DNA from: an uncultured delta proteobacterium
GTDB lineage: Bacteria > Desulfobacterota > Syntrophia > Syntrophales > UBA2185
Reading direction: 5' to 3'
Length of the DNA: 64,000 nt
Assembly (NCBI GenBank): GCA_963695875.1
Contig: CAVOID010000003.1
Location: 352,001-416,000 of the forward strand
The position numbers and the translations under genes are program-made. This document shows positions 31,986 through 44,581 of this stretch, piece after piece (the first letter of the stretch is position 1; each line of letters begins with the position of its first letter). The notes below the pieces were generated by a model. That model was not told the DNA's origin. It made no database searches and saw only the letters and a program-made list of their open reading frames with translations.

Positions 31986-32729
31986 ATGATCAGGTTTGAT
32001 ATCCTTTCCATCTTCCCTGAGATGTTTGAATCTCCTCTTAATTGCAGTATTCTGAAAAGGGCAAGGGAGAAGGGAGTTGGTGGAAATCCATCTGCATAAC
32101 ATCCGAGACTATGCCGAGGACAAGCATAAGATGACTGACGATGCCCCTTATGGGGGCGGCGGCGGTATGGTCATGAAGGTGGAACCGATCGATAGGGCTC
32201 TGGCATCCATCTCCCGGAGAGAGATAGACGCTCTGATAGTTCTCCTGACACCCCAGGGGGAGACTTTCAGCCAGAAAATAGCCGAGGAGATGTCTCTATC
32301 GTTCAGAATTGTGCTTATCTGCGGACACTATGAGGGTGTGGACGAAAGGGTAAGGGATGCATCTGGTTGACAAAGAGATTTCTATCGGTGATTATGTTCT
32401 TAACAGGGGGAGAATTGTCGGCCATGGTTATGGTTGACGCCGTTTCCCGCTTGGTTCCCGGTGTTCTGGGGAATTATGAATCGGCATCTTCTGATTCTTT
32501 TTCCACTGGGACTTTTGGAGTATCCCTCATTATACGCGTCCCAGCCAGTTACCGGGACTGGCAGGTTCCCGAGGTGCTGCTCTCGGGGAATCACCGGGAA
32601 ATTTGAGACGTGGCGGAGGAAGGAATCGCTCCGAAGAACATATGTGAGGAGGCCGGATTTGCTCGAAAAAATATCAACTGTCCGAAGAGGATAGAGAGGA
32701 TACTCGAAGAAATAAAGAAAAATCATTAG
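31986..32729 (+). CDS. trmD: tRNA (guanine37-N1)-methyltransferase (frameshifted)
   Basis: [37 protein letters not shown]. Confidence 0.93.
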
Positions 32730-32755
32730 TTACGCGATCTGGAGGAATTTTCACT

Positions 32756-33100
32756 ATGAATGTCATGGAAATGCTTGAAAAAGAGCAGATGAGAGGAGAC
32801 ATCCCCGCTTTCAAGCCGGGTGATACGGTGAAGGTGTATGTCAGGATTGTTGAAGGACAGAAACAGAGGATTCAGGCCTTTGAGGGTGTTGTTATTCGCA
32901 GAAGACGGGGTGACTGCCGCTCCAGTTTCACGGTGAGAAAGGTATCCTATGGTGTGGGAGTGGAGAGGACATTCCCTCTTCATTCGCCGGTTATCGATAG
33001 GATTGAAGTAGTCAATCGCGGTAAAGTGCGGCGTTCCCGGCTGTACTACTTGCGAGGTCTGAGAGGGAAGAAGGCAAGAATCAAAGAAATGGGAAAGTAA
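32756..33100 (+). CDS. rplS: 50S ribosomal protein L19
   Basis: [28 protein letters not shown]. Confidence 0.98.
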   Translation: MNVMEMLEKEQMRGDIPAFKPGDTVKVYVRIVEGQKQRIQAFEGVVIRRRRGDCRSSFTVRKVSYGVGVERTFPLHSPVIDRIEVVNRGKVRRSRLYYLRGLRGKKARIKEMGK

Positions 33101-33109
33101 CTATCAGGG

Positions 33110-33734
33110 ATGAATAGTTTCGAACGGCATGCCCATCAACGTGGTTATAAATTGATAGCTGGTATTGATGAGGCGGGAAGAGGACCTCTTGCAGGTCCCG
33201 TTGTTGCGGCAGCCGTGATACTTCCTACTGATTATGAAAATTCGGAAATCAAAGATTCAAAACAGCTTTCAGCTCGAAAGAGGGAAAGCCTTTATGAAAT
33301 AATAAAGCGGGATGCCCTCTCTATTGGCCTCGGTGTTGTCGAGGCATCTATTATTGATGCCGTGAATGTATTTCAGGCAACACTGGCTGGCCATGAAAGA
33401 GGCGGTATCGAATCTGTCCATAAAACCTGATTATCTGCTCATTGACGGGTCACATCGCATCTTTATTCCCATACCCCAGGAAACTGTCGTCAAAGGAGAC
33501 TCCCTGAGTATTTCCGTAGCGTCTGCGTCCATCATCGCCAAGGTATCAAGAGACAGGATTATGGAGATCTATCATCGTCAGTTCCCCCAGTATAATTTTT
33601 TGAAGAACAAAGGCTATGGTACGGGGGAACACCGGGAAGCAATCAAAAAATACGGCCATTGCAAGATTCATCGAAAGTCTTTCAGAATTAAAGAAAAGGG
33701 TGCCCTCCAGATAAATGCGGAACTGGAGTTCTGA
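33110..33734 (+). CDS. rnhB: Ribonuclease HII (frameshifted)
   Basis: GIDEAGRGPLAGPV, DSKQLS, ASIIAKVSRD, NKGYGT. Confidence 0.95.
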
Positions 33735-33922
33735 TACCAGATTGCAATCGCTTGTTTGTTATTTATTTTTTACATTGGTACATCTCCGGGAAAGATGCTG
33801 GCATCTTCAGGATTAGGGAGGTAAAGGAGTCGAGGATTCGATCGAAAATCTTGATGAAAATTATCGATCACTTGGACCTTGAATTCTGAATCCGTCGCAA
33901 TTAAATTGAAGAAGAACTATTA

Positions 33923-34301
33923 ATGGTTATGAATGGTTTCGGAAGGATACGAACCGGGAAAAAAGGAGAAGACATTGCCGTTGCCTACTTGAAAAGCAAT
34001 GGATACAGGATCGTTGAACGCAATTACAAATGCCTTTTTGGAGAAATTGATATCGTGGCAAAAGACGGGAATACAGTTGTCTTCGTAGAGGTGAAAAGCA
34101 GGAAATCGGAAGAATTCGGTGATCCCCAGGTTGCTGTAGGATTGGAAAAGCAAAAGAAAAATTTCGAAGATTTCCCTCAAGTATTTAGGGGAAAAACACC
34201 TCTATCCCTGTAATGCGAGATTTGATGTTGTGGCGATTAAAATGCTGCCCAGTGGAAACAGGGTAGAACTTATTCAGAATGCCTTCGAACTTACGCTTTA
34301 A
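33923..34301 (+). CDS. yraN: YraN family protein (frameshifted)
   Basis: GEIDIVA, VFVEVKSR, then RFDVVAI in a shifted frame. Confidence 0.88.
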
Positions 34302-34369
34302 ACCCCCCCGGAGTATTAACCTTTTTCAGACCTTCACAGCCTTGAAACTCTAACGTCAGAAACCTTATA

Positions 34370-35492
34370 CTAAAGGTACGAAGGCACTAGAGATGATATA
34401 TATCTTGCGATGGCAATGCAAGACGTTAATCCGGGAGACTCAATGCCGATGAGGTTTATCATCCCGGGGTACCCATTATCTCTTTCATCTTTAACGACAA
34501 AGTCACGGGACGGTTCTCCCGGGCCCTGGAGTTTCGGCCTGATGCCGCACATATCCGGATGGAGCATCTCTTCCTTGATCCCCGGCAGATAGTTTTTGAT
34601 GGATATGGTAAAAAGATGTTTTCCTGCCCTCATCAAGGCTGTATTCTATTTCGTCGACGTACTGGCTATCCGGGCCAAATTTGACGCGGTTGCCCAAGTC
34701 CAGTGTGGCATGGATGCCAAGGCTTACGGTATTTTCCGGCGGTACGGGATAGACTAAGTGATGCAGTTTCGGTGACGGGGAGGCAGAGAAGTAATTCCCC
34801 TTGCAATATTTCAAGCGATATCCCATGCGGTCAATGTCAATCCCTGCCAGGGCGGCAATTCTGTCGGAATAAAGACCGGCAGAGTTGATCAGAACCTTCG
34901 TACGGAATCTGTATTCCCCGCGGTTTGTTTCCAGTTCGTAAGATCCATTTTCCTTATGTATTGCTGTCACTTCCGACCGGAAGGCAATGATGGCCCCGTT
35001 GGCTTCCGCTCGCACATAGAAGGATCTCATCAGACTATGGCTATCGATGATGCCTGTGGACGGGGAGAAGATGGCGGCTTGGGCGCGGACATCCGGCTCC
35101 AGGGTCAGGATTTGCTTTTTCCCTAACAGATCGAGATCGGCAACGCCATTCCCCTCGGCGTGTTTCTTGATGGATGCAAGTCTTTCACACTCTTCATCAT
35201 CTGTGGCGACGATCAGTTTTCCGAGGCGTTTGTGGGGAATGTCTCTTGCCCGACAGAGCTCATAGAGGAGGCGGTTTCCCTCAGTGCAGAAGGCAGCCTT
35301 CAGGAATCCGTGAGGGTAGTAAATGCCGGCGTGAATCACCTCGCTGTTGCGACTGCTCGTTTCCTGGCCAAAGCCTGTGTTTTTCTCGATTAACAACACA
35401 CGCTTGTAGCGGGCGGAAAGCTCTTCCGCGATAGCCAGACCGATTATCCCGGCGCCTATGATGGTAATGTTGAATGTGTCGATATGGCTCAT
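34370..35492 (-). CDS. L-2-hydroxyglutarate oxidase-like FAD oxidoreductase (frameshifted)
   Basis: GAGIIG, TSSRNSEVIHAG, GIRPK, GIESPGLTS. Confidence 0.85.
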
Positions 35493-35497
35493 GGATA

Positions 35498-36872
35498 TCA
35501 GAAATGTGTTAAGGGGGGTTTACCGAGGGGATAGACGTTAAAACCGATATCGAAGCATCTTCTGTGGTCAAGGATATTCCTGCCGTCGAAGATAGAGGCC
35601 GGTTTTGCCATGGTGTCGTAGATTTTTTTAAAATCAAGGTTTCTGTATATTTCCCATTCGGTCAGCAACGCGATGGCGTGGCATTCTTCGGCTGCCTTGT
35701 AGGGATCTTCTACGAAGCTTATTTTTCCGTTCACACCTGTCATGGTCAGCCCTGGCATTTCTCATGGCTTTCGGATCGGTGATGACGATTTCCGCTTTTT
35801 CCTCAAGCAGCCTTCTGGCGATTAAAATGGCAGGGCTTTCTCTCGTATCACCTGTGTTGGCCTTGAATGCAAAACCAAAAAGGCAGATCTTCTTGTCGGC
35901 AAGGGTATTGAACATGGCGGTCAGCATATTCAATATAAATCGTTCCTGCTGGTATTGGTTAATCTTTACAACGCTTTCCCAGTAGTCGGCGACTTCGTTA
36001 AGACCGTAATATCTGCAGAGATAGACAAGATTCAGGATATCCTTCTTAAAGCAGGAGCCTCCGAAGCCAACGCTGGCGTTGAGAAATTTGCTGCCGATCC
36101 GGCTGTCCATTCCCACCGCTCGTGATACCTCGGTGATATCGGCATCTGTCTTTTCGCAAAGGGCCGAGATGGCATTAATAGATGATATCCTCTGCGCGAG
36201 AAATGCATTCGATACTATCTTGGAAAGTTCACTGCTCCAGATGTTAGAGGTAATGATCTTTTCCCGCGGCACCCAGTTGGCGTATATTTCTACAAGAGTC
36301 TCTCTTGCCTTTAAACCGCCTTCCGTCTCCCGGGAACCGATGAGGATGCGATCGGGATTCTCCAGATCCCTGATGGCCGATCCTTCGGCTAAAAATTCTG
36401 GATTGGAGAGGATTTCAAAGGTGACAGAATGTGTATTACGCAATATATTTTCCATAGCCTGGGCGGTTTTAACGGGCAGTGTGCTTTTTTCGATGACGAT
36501 CTTTGATGATTTAGAATACTGGAGGATCTGCCTGGCTGTCTTTTCCCAGTACTGGAGGTCTGCCGCCATACCTGCGCCCGCACCGAATGTTTTGGTCGGG
36601 GTATTTACACTGACAAATATGATGTCATTGTCCCTGATTCCACCTTCTATGTCGGTACTGAAAAAGAGATTCTTCCCCGATGTTGCCCGAACAAGTTCAT
36701 CAAGACCTGGTTCATAAATGGGAAGTTCCTCGGAATTCCATTCGGCAATACGGGCAGAGTTAATGTCCACGACGGTGATCCTGTATCGAGGACATTTAGA
36801 TGCTATCAAAGCCATCGTGGGACCACCGACGTACCCGGCGCCGATACACAGAATATTTTTTTCGAATTTCAT
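35498..36872 (-). CDS. ugd: UDP-glucose 6-dehydrogenase (frameshifted)
   Basis: [33 protein letters not shown]. Confidence 0.95.
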
Positions 36873-36887
36873 GTGATCCTCTAATTC

Positions 36888-37820
36888 TTAAATTACTGCA
36901 CGAAAATATGCAATCGTCCGCTCAAGACCCTCCTCAAGGTTTATTTGCGGCTGCCAGCCCAGCGTTTTCCTGGCTAAGGAAATGTCGGGTTTGCGCTGCA
37001 TAGGATCATCCTGGGGCAGAGGCTTAAATACTATCTTCGATCGGTTTCCTGTCATAGTGATAATCGTTTCAGCGAGATCAAGAATACTGAACTCTTCCGG
37101 ATTGCCGAGATTTACGGGGCCGAGAAAACTGTCGGCACTATCCATCATCATGATCAGACCAGCTATCATGTCATCAACATAACAGAATGATCTGGTTTGA
37201 GACCCGTCGCCATACACCGTGATATCTTCACCCTTCAGGGCCTGGATAATAAAATTGCTGACGACACGTCCATCATTCAGGGCCATGCGTGGACCATATG
37301 TATTGAATATTCTCGCAATCTTCACTTTTACATTATTCTGGCGGTGATAGTCCATCATAAGACATTCCGCAGCCCTTTTCCCCTCATCATAACAGCTCCT
37401 TGGTCCTACGGGGTTGACCCTGCCCCAGTATTCCTCCTTTTGTGGATGAACATCGGGATCACCGTATACTTCTGAGGTGGATGCCTGGAGAATCTTTGCA
37501 TTAAGACGTTTTGCCATTCCAAGGGTATTGATGGTTCCCATTACGTTGGTTTTGATGGTTTTAATCGGGTTATACTGGTAATGTACCGGAGAAGCCGGAC
37601 AGGCAAGGTTATAGATCTGATCCACTTCGAGGAAAATCGGATTGATTATGTCATGTCTGATTAATTCAAAGTGGGTGTTGGCCAGGAGATGAATAATATT
37701 TTCCTTGCTCCCGGTAAAAAAATTATCCAGGCATAGAATATCCTCCCCCCGTTCGATAAGTCGATCACAGAGGTGAGAGCCTAAGAATCCCGCGCCACCG
37801 GTGATAAGTATATGTTTCAT
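36888..37820 (-). CDS. uxs: UDP-glucuronate decarboxylase (UDP-xylose synthase)
   Basis: [35 protein letters not shown]. Confidence 0.93.
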   Translation of the reverse strand: MKHILITGGAGFLGSHLCDRLIERGEDILCLDNFFTGSKENIIHLLANTHFELIRHDIINPIFLEVDQIYNLACPASPVHYQYNPIKTIKTNVMGTINTLGMAKRLNAKILQASTSEVYGDPDVHPQKEEYWGRVNPVGPRSCYDEGKRAAECLMMDYHRQNNVKVKIARIFNTYGPRMALNDGRVVSNFIIQALKGEDITVYGDGSQTRSFCYVDDMIAGLIMMMDSADSFLGPVNLGNPEEFSILDLAETIITMTGNRSKIVFKPLPQDDPMQRKPDISLARKTLGWQPQINLEEGLERTIAYFRAVI

Positions 37821-38032
37821 AAACTTTTATCAGCAGATTTTAAAATCTACAACGTAAGTGTTTAAGAATCTTTTTCCCCAGCTTCAGTAATAAGAGATTT
37901 TGTTTTTATGGTTTTTTTCCGTCAGGTTTGGTATTAAACGAAAACCGCTTTAATATGTCAATAAAAAAAGTGCTTTGAGCCATTTAAATTACTCTTGGTG
38001 CGAAAATTCATTTTCAATGTTTTCATTGGGAC

Positions 38033-38875
38033 ATGGATGTTAAAAAAGGTACATTGTATGTCGTAGCGACCCCGATAGGGAATCTTGAAGATATTACCCT
38101 GCGGGCCATTCGGGTTCTCAGGGAAGTTCAGCTTATAGCCGCAGAGGATACGAGAAGGACAAAAAAATTGTTGGATACATATCAAATTCACACCCCCATG
38201 ACCAGTCTTCACGAGCATATTGAGAGTAAAAAAAGCAGCCTTCTGATATCTAAAATGAATGCGGGTGCTGATGTGGCCTTTGTATCTGATGCCGGGACGC
38301 CTGGCGTATCCGATCCTGGGTATGTGCTAATTAATAAGGCAATTGCAAATGGTATCAGAATAGTACCGGTTCCCGGTGTCTCAGCTGTCATAACAGCACT
38401 CTCTGTTTCCGGACTGCCAATAGGTTGTTTTGCCTTCTTCGGATTTTTGCCTCCACGATCTGGTAAACGGAAGCAATTATTATCATCCCTCATGGATGAA
38501 ACGAAGACGCTGGTATTTTATGAGTCTCCCAAAAGGCTGATAGCATCACTGTGTGATATTGAGGCTGTCCTCGGCAACCGGAAAGTTGTAGTATTAAGGG
38601 AACTGACAAAAGTCTTTGAAGAAATAATCCGAGGAACAGCCGGAGATGTAATCGATAGGTTTAAGGGAAGGGTTATCAAGGGTGAAGTAACACTGGTCGT
38701 AGCAGGAAATGAGAAGAGAATTCCTTTTTTCTCCGATGATGACATTTTTGCCAGATTTGAAGAATTGCGCAAAAGTTCTGATTCTTCCCAGCGTGACATC
38801 ATAGAAAAGCTTGCTGAAGAACTGGGAATTTCAAGGAAGAAAATTTATAAGCTGGTTGTAAGTCTTGATGGATAG
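38033..38875 (+). CDS. rsmI: 16S rRNA C1402 2'-O-methyltransferase
   Basis: LYVVATPIGNLEDIT, SDAGTPGVSDPG, RELTK. Confidence 0.97.
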   Translation: MDVKKGTLYVVATPIGNLEDITLRAIRVLREVQLIAAEDTRRTKKLLDTYQIHTPMTSLHEHIESKKSSLLISKMNAGADVAFVSDAGTPGVSDPGYVLINKAIANGIRIVPVPGVSAVITALSVSGLPIGCFAFFGFLPPRSGKRKQLLSSLMDETKTLVFYESPKRLIASLCDIEAVLGNRKVVVLRELTKVFEEIIRGTAGDVIDRFKGRVIKGEVTLVVAGNEKRIPFFSDDDIFARFEELRKSSDSSQRDIIEKLAEELGISRKKIYKLVVSLDG

Positions 38876-38985
38876 GAAATATCAGCCGTACTATTTTCTT
38901 GAACAGTTTCCACAGGTATGATAACTCATTTTCATATTGTGGGAAAACGCATGGTTTAAAGGTACGTATGTGAGGTAGGTCGCAC

Positions 38986-39399
38986 ATGGATGCAAGATCA
39001 AAACAGTCGGTTGATGGGTTAGGAGAAGACAGTAAGGTGACTGTAGAAGCTGTTAGGGAGGGAAGTGTCCTTATTGACGGTCATTTATTAAAGCCGGATG
39101 ACAGGATTTACGAACTCGTTGAAATAGTCGATGGCAATAAGGGCGTTGAAACCAAACAGGATCGAGAAATCATTGTCATTGATGGTCGAGTATATGAGAG
39201 AATGTTAAGGCCGGAAGACAAAGTTTATGATCTCGTGGATATTTTAGAGAAGGGCTCCGGTGAGCGTCTTCAGGATTCAAACCTTAATGATGAAATAATG
39301 AAAAGGGTTAGCGACATTACTCAAAGAATAGCAAGAGAGATAGTACCTGAGATTGCCGAAAGGGTCATCAGGGAAGAGATTGACAAATTGAAAAGATGA
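38986..39399 (+). CDS. Hypothetical protein with a RomR-C-like C-terminal helix
   Basis: Ends IAREIVPEIAERVIREEIDKLKR; internal duplicated motif. Confidence 0.65.
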   Translation: MDARSKQSVDGLGEDSKVTVEAVREGSVLIDGHLLKPDDRIYELVEIVDGNKGVETKQDREIIVIDGRVYERMLRPEDKVYDLVDILEKGSGERLQDSNLNDEIMKRVSDITQRIAREIVPEIAERVIREEIDKLKR

Positions 39400-40070
39400 G
39401 AAAACCTTTTTTAATTATACTGGTTTTTGTGACCTGGATTTTTCTCTTGCCCTGCAAGGGGTTTTCGCAGGACAATGAAGATGTCAAGTCGGTAAATACT
39501 GAGGGTACCAGCATCATAATCAATGATGATTTAGCTAGTGCAAGGAATAACGCCATTCAGGACGCCTTACAGAAGGCTGTGGAACATGTTGTTATTACAT
39601 TGATCCCCACCAAAACTATAGCAAGTCAATCTAAGATAATCAGAGACAATCTTTATGCCAAAAGTAATGAATATATTCATGATTACAGAATTATCAGCGA
39701 GAAACAATATCAAGCGGTCTATCAGGTTAATGTTAGGTCAACATTATTTGCAAGCAGCATAATAGATGATCTTCAGGCCCTCGGGCTTCTTATTGTGGAG
39801 AAGACAAAAGTTCCGGTAACTGTGGTAGTCATTTTAGTCCGGGGACTTAAAAGTTATAGTGACTTTGCAAAGGTAAAAGAACTGTTGAAGACCAAAATGA
39901 AAGTTATGAATATTTATCAGCGTCGTTTTGAATGGAGTATGGCAAGATTGGATTTGGAGATTCAGGGAACTGTTCAGTCCTTCGCTGGTGAGCTTGTAAA
40001 AACAGGACATTTTTCCTTGGACAATACTCGAGTCGATCAGAATTATATCGAAGTTTCTTTCTTGAAATAA
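39396..40070 (+). CDS. Exported protein with FlgT N-terminal-like domain
   Basis: Signal peptide; ARNNAIQDALQKAVE pattern. Confidence 0.6.
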   Translation: MRKPFLIILVFVTWIFLLPCKGFSQDNEDVKSVNTEGTSIIINDDLASARNNAIQDALQKAVEHVVITLIPTKTIASQSKIIRDNLYAKSNEYIHDYRIISEKQYQAVYQVNVRSTLFASSIIDDLQALGLLIVEKTKVPVTVVVILVRGLKSYSDFAKVKELLKTKMKVMNIYQRRFEWSMARLDLEIQGTVQSFAGELVKTGHFSLDNTRVDQNYIEVSFLK

Positions 40071-40140
40071 GGTAGGGTTGATGTTTTCATTCCGGGAGAT
40101 TTTAACTGCAAGAATGTTTTAATGCAGGGGTTTGACTGTT

Positions 40141-40737
40141 ATGGGTAGATTTAGCCGACTGTTTCAATTGGTAATTGTATTATCTTTGCTTCTTGGGTGT
40201 GCATCGAAAATACCCGACATGGTCAATTCCGATAAAAGCAAAAAGAGTACAAGGCTTATTGCCATATTACCTGTGAACAACCGAACAGCCAATGTAAAGG
40301 CGGGTCAGATGCTGAGGGAGGCGGTTCTTAACGAACTGTATTTCAAGGGTTATCCCAAAATTCCATTAAACATGATCGATGAAAAGCTCTCAAAAATCTA
40401 TAAAGATGGTATGGATTTTAAGAGAGTTGATATTTCTCCAAAGGCAGTAGGCGAGCTACTTGGTGTTGATGCGGTCCTGTATGCTACTTTAGATGAGTGT
40501 TCGACTTCCTACACCTTTGTGTACGCGCCTACCAGTGTTTCCGTGGTTCTTGAGCTGCGGAGTGCGAAGACTGGTGAAACACTCTGGAATTCCAAGTATA
40601 GAACTGTAAAAAGGAATTATGGGATTTCGCGGGAACAGCTTGAAATGGCATCATGCCAGGTTTTCGAGCCGGCGATCCAGGAAGTTGTGGAGAAGGTCAT
40701 GACGACTCTTCCTGATGGTCCTGATTCAGCGACTTAA
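40141..40737 (+). CDS. Lipoprotein (DUF799/GNA1162-like)
   Basis: Lipobox LLGC; IAILPV.N, LGVDAVLY, KTGETLW. Confidence 0.7.
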   Translation: MGRFSRLFQLVIVLSLLLGCASKIPDMVNSDKSKKSTRLIAILPVNNRTANVKAGQMLREAVLNELYFKGYPKIPLNMIDEKLSKIYKDGMDFKRVDISPKAVGELLGVDAVLYATLDECSTSYTFVYAPTSVSVVLELRSAKTGETLWNSKYRTVKRNYGISREQLEMASCQVFEPAIQEVVEKVMTTLPDGPDSAT

Positions 40738-40848
40738 ACACGCAAAACTCTGAGAATATTTCAAAACCTCCGCAAAATCCCTACCTCGTGACTGGTGTAT
40801 CTCCTATTAAGGAGAAATGTATATTCGGCTTCATACAAGGAAACGCAG

Positions 40849-41609
40849 ATGAAAAAAATTATTATTTTTTTGTCCACATTGTCATTTGTGTTGCTTGGTT
40901 TGCAGCAGGTTGAAGCGAAAAGAGTTATGGAGCTAAAGATCGGTAAGGGCGAAGCTAAAGTCAACCTTTTGGAAGGGTCGGCTGAAGGTTCTTCCAGCGG
41001 GGAAGAAAGCATGGCGTTCCTTGAGGATGGGAGACACGCTCAAAGGAGGCGACGAGGTTAACACCGGAGTCTAAGGCGAGACTTGAGCTTGTCTTGCCTG
41101 ACTATTCTGCTGTTCGTTTTGCTGGTAATTCTCATTTTAAGGTTCTTCAGATGGAAGCCGGTGACGATGCTGTACCGTGGAACATAAAATTTCATTTGGC
41201 TGTTGGGAAGACTTGGGCAAATGTGAGCAGAGCGATGGGAAAAGGAAGTCAATTTGAGCTTCAGTGTGAAAATGCTGTAGCCGGTGTCAGAGGTACCATT
41301 TATCGAATGAATGTCGAGGAAGATAAGTCAGCCCTGGTAAGGGTATATGACGGATGGGTGTATGTATCGGGAGGCGGGCCAGCCGTGGAACTGCCGACGA
41401 TGATCGGTCCTCCAAAAAAAATTGCGGGACCCAAGCCGATTCCCGGTCCTAAAAAAGTTACTCTGGGGGAGTGGGTGTTTATTATTAAATCTATGCAGCA
41501 GATAAGAATCGCTGCGGATGGAACAGCGGAAAAACCGCGGGATTTTACTGAACAGGAAGATAGGGACGACTGGGTGGACTGGAACAGATCGAGAGATCAA
41601 GAATTATGA
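40849..41609 (+). CDS. FecR-domain exported protein (frameshifted)
   Basis: Signal peptide, [16 protein letters not shown]. Confidence 0.7.
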
Positions 41610-41662
41610 TCGGGGTAGAACCCAGGGATAAATTCTTCAGATAAACTGGATAGAACGAATAA

Positions 41663-42203
41663 ATGAATATACCCAATTTACTGACGTTGTTGAGAATCCT
41701 CCTTGTTCCTGTCACGGTAATCTTCCTCATGCAGGGAAACTTCACAAAGGCACTTATTGTTCTGGCTGTTTCGGGAATCACTGATGCCCTTGATGGTTTC
41801 CTTGCCCGCATATTGAACCAGCAGACTGTACTGGGGGCATATCTGGATCCCATAGCGGATAAGGCTCTCCTTGCAAGTTGCTTTGTGACGCTTGTCTATA
41901 AAGGGTATAATCCCTGGATGGTTCACGGTTATTGTCATCAGCAGGGATTTGATCATACTTATTGGTATTGCCATCATGTCAATCATGTCAATACCGTATA
42001 AAATCAGCCCATCATTTATAAGCAAGATCACAACTGCTCTGCAATTGTTCACATTAGTTTTTTTTCTGATGTTTCGTATTCTTCCTGGATTGATTGATTA
42101 TATATGGCTTTTGGTTTTACAATGGCTCACAGTCCTGTTCACCGTTATTTCCGGGCTTAATTATATGTTAAGGGGGATTAGGTTAAATACTTACTCACCA
42201 TAG
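41663..42203 (+). CDS. CDP-alcohol phosphatidyltransferase (PgsA-like; frameshifted)
   Basis: NIPNLLTLLR, TDALDGFLAR, LDPIADK. Confidence 0.9.
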
Positions 42204-42252
42204 CTTGGCATATAAATGTACCGTAAAAGAATGGGCAAATCACAATATTTGC

Positions 42253-42281
42253 TTGACATAACAGCGTTTTATTGTTAGAAA
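42253..42281 (+). promoter_or_regulatory. Sigma70-like promoter for tRNA-Val/thrS
   Basis: TTGACA-17 nt-TAGAAA. Confidence 0.6.
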
Positions 42282-42313
42282 ATCATCCTCTTCTATTGGG
42301 GAGACTCTGATGT

Positions 42314-42388
42314 AGGCACGTAGCTCAGGGGGAGAGCGCCATCCTGACGCGGTGGATGTCCAGGGTTCAAATCCCTGCGTGCCTACCA
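42314..42388 (+). tRNA. tRNA-Val(GAC)
   Basis: Acceptor stem AGGCACG/CGTGCCT, anticodon loop CT-GAC-GC, GGTTCAAATCC T-loop, encoded CCA. Confidence 0.95.
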
Positions 42389-42544
42389 TTTTTGTCAGAT
42401 AACAATAACAACCAAATATGACGATTAATCGTGGGTGAGGGCATCAGCAGGGTGTATGCGGTGATGCCCTTTCTTATAGATGGAGGCTGTGAGCTGAGAT
42501 GTACTTGAAATTGGCACGGAGGATTTTCGATATCAGGTTTGATT

Positions 42545-44465
42545 ATGAATGAAATCAAGATTACATTACCGGATGGCTCAGTCAGTACGTGTCGTTCCGG
42601 TGCAACAGTTAAGGAGATTATTGCATCATGGAAGATGGATGCTACTTTCTTCAACTGTTGCGGCGAAGTTTAATAGTGCACTTGTGGATTTAAGCCATCC
42701 AGTTGAAGAAGAGGCAACACTTGCTTTGATGGATATTTCATCAAAGGAGGGTCTTGGCGATCCTCCGGCACAGCATATCCCATGTGATGGCACAGGCTGT
42801 CCAGGATACTTTCAAGGGCGTGCAGGTTTGTATAGGGCCTTCCATAGAAGACGGTTTCTATTACGATTTCGAGTATGCCGAGACATTTACCCCGGAAGAC
42901 TTTGAAAAGATCGAAGCCAGGATGCGATGAGATAGTAGCCGCCGATTATCCTTTTATGCGTCAGGAGGTGTCGAGAGAAGAAGCCATTGCGCTCTTCAAG
43001 GACAAAGGTGAATCATACAAGGTCGAACTTATAAATGATTTGCCGGAAGATGTAAAGACAGTCAGTCTCTACAGTCAGGGCGGGTATGTGGATCTGTGTC
43101 GCGGTCCTCATATACCGTCTACGGGAATGATCAAGGCGTTCAAGTTATTAAGTGTGGCCGGGGCATACTGGCGGGGTGATGAAAAGAATAAGATGCTTCA
43201 GCGTATATACGGGACAGGGTTTGCAACGAAAGAGAGCCTTAGCCGAATATCTCCATGTCATTGAAGAGGCGAAGAAAAGGGATCACCGGAAGCTGGGGAG
43301 AGAACTGGATCTCTTCCAGATAAATGATGAAGCAGGAGCGGGGCTGATCATATTTCATCCCAAAGGGACCATGCTGCGAGCCATTATTGAGGATTGGGAA
43401 AGGAAAGAACATCTGAAACGTGGATATGATATGGTCATGGGTCCCCAGATCCTGAAAGTTGATCTCTGGAAGAAATCGGGACATTTCGATCATTACAGGG
43501 AAAATATGTATTTCACGGAGATAGAAGATCAGGGATACGGGATAAAGCCGATGAACTGCCTTTCCCACATGCTGATATACAAATCGAAGATTCGCAGTTA
43601 CCGGGACCTGCCGCTGCGGTATTTCGAACTTGGTACGGTTCACCGGCATGAAAAGACGGGTGTTCTTCATGGCCTCACACGAGTACGCCAGTTTACACAG
43701 GATGATGCCCATATCCTCTGTACGCCGGAACAACTGAACAGCGAAATAACCGGTATTGCGGATTTCGTCAGTTATGCCATGAAAATTTTCGGCTTTGATT
43801 ACGACGTGGAACTTAGTACACGGCCGGAAAATTCCATCGGTTCCGATGAAGACTGGGAAATGGCGACAGCGGCCTTGGAAGATGCCCTGAAGGACAACCG
43901 GATGGCTTATGAGATTAACGAGGGTGATGGCGCCTTTTACGGACCCAAGATCGACTTCAAGCTGAAAGACGCCTTGAACAGAAAGTGGCAATGCGCTACT
44001 ATCCAGTGCGATTTTACCCTTCCGGAACGATTCGATCTCAGTTATATTGGTGCAGATGGAGAAAAACACCGGCCGGTAATGCTGCACAGGGTGATTCTCG
44101 GGTCTATAGAACGGTTCCTGGGAGTGCTGATAGAGCATTATGCCGGAGCTTTTCCAGTCTGGCTGTCGCCGGTTCAGGCGGTTCTGATGACTGTTACGGA
44201 TAAGCATATTCCTTATGGAGAAGGGGTTTACCTGCAGTTGTCTAATGCAGGGATTCGTGCGGAAAAGGATTTCAGGAATGAAAAACTGGGTTATAAGATC
44301 AGAGAAGCCCAGGTTCAGAAAATTCCTTATATGCTGGTAATCGGTGATCGGGAAATGGAATCGAACCGTGTTTCTCCCCGTGAGCGGAATGGTAAAGACC
44401 TCGGTGCCATCGGTGTGGATGAGTTTATTGAACTCGTGCGGGAAAAATGCACACAGTATAAATAA
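42545..44465 (+). CDS. thrS: Threonine--tRNA ligase (frameshifted)
   Basis: ITLPDG TGS start, DLCRGPH, RDHRKLG, KPMNC, GAFYGPK. Confidence 0.96.
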
Positions 44466-44469
44466 AGTT

Positions 44470-44560
44470 AAATCTTAATCACTAAATCCGAAATTCTAAA
44501 CAGTATTAAAATTCAAATGCATGAAATGTTTAGAATTTCAGATATTCGAATTTTAGATTT
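44470..44560. repeat. AT-rich heptamer-repeat palindrome
   Basis: gaaattctaaaca / tgtttagaatttc arms with AAATCC-like units; related to 46893-47015. Confidence 0.7.
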
Positions 44561-44581
44561 TATTAGTTCAGGAGGTGACCT

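Noticed and set aside
42438..42472. Hairpin before thrS as a tRNA-Thr-mimic operator
   Set aside because: The 7-nt loop GGGUGUA does not place a Thr anticodon in register; a tRNA terminator or processing stem is equally plausible
43239..44207. 322-aa antisense ORF
   Set aside because: Lies wholly opposite thrS with no recognisable motifs; a shadow ORF
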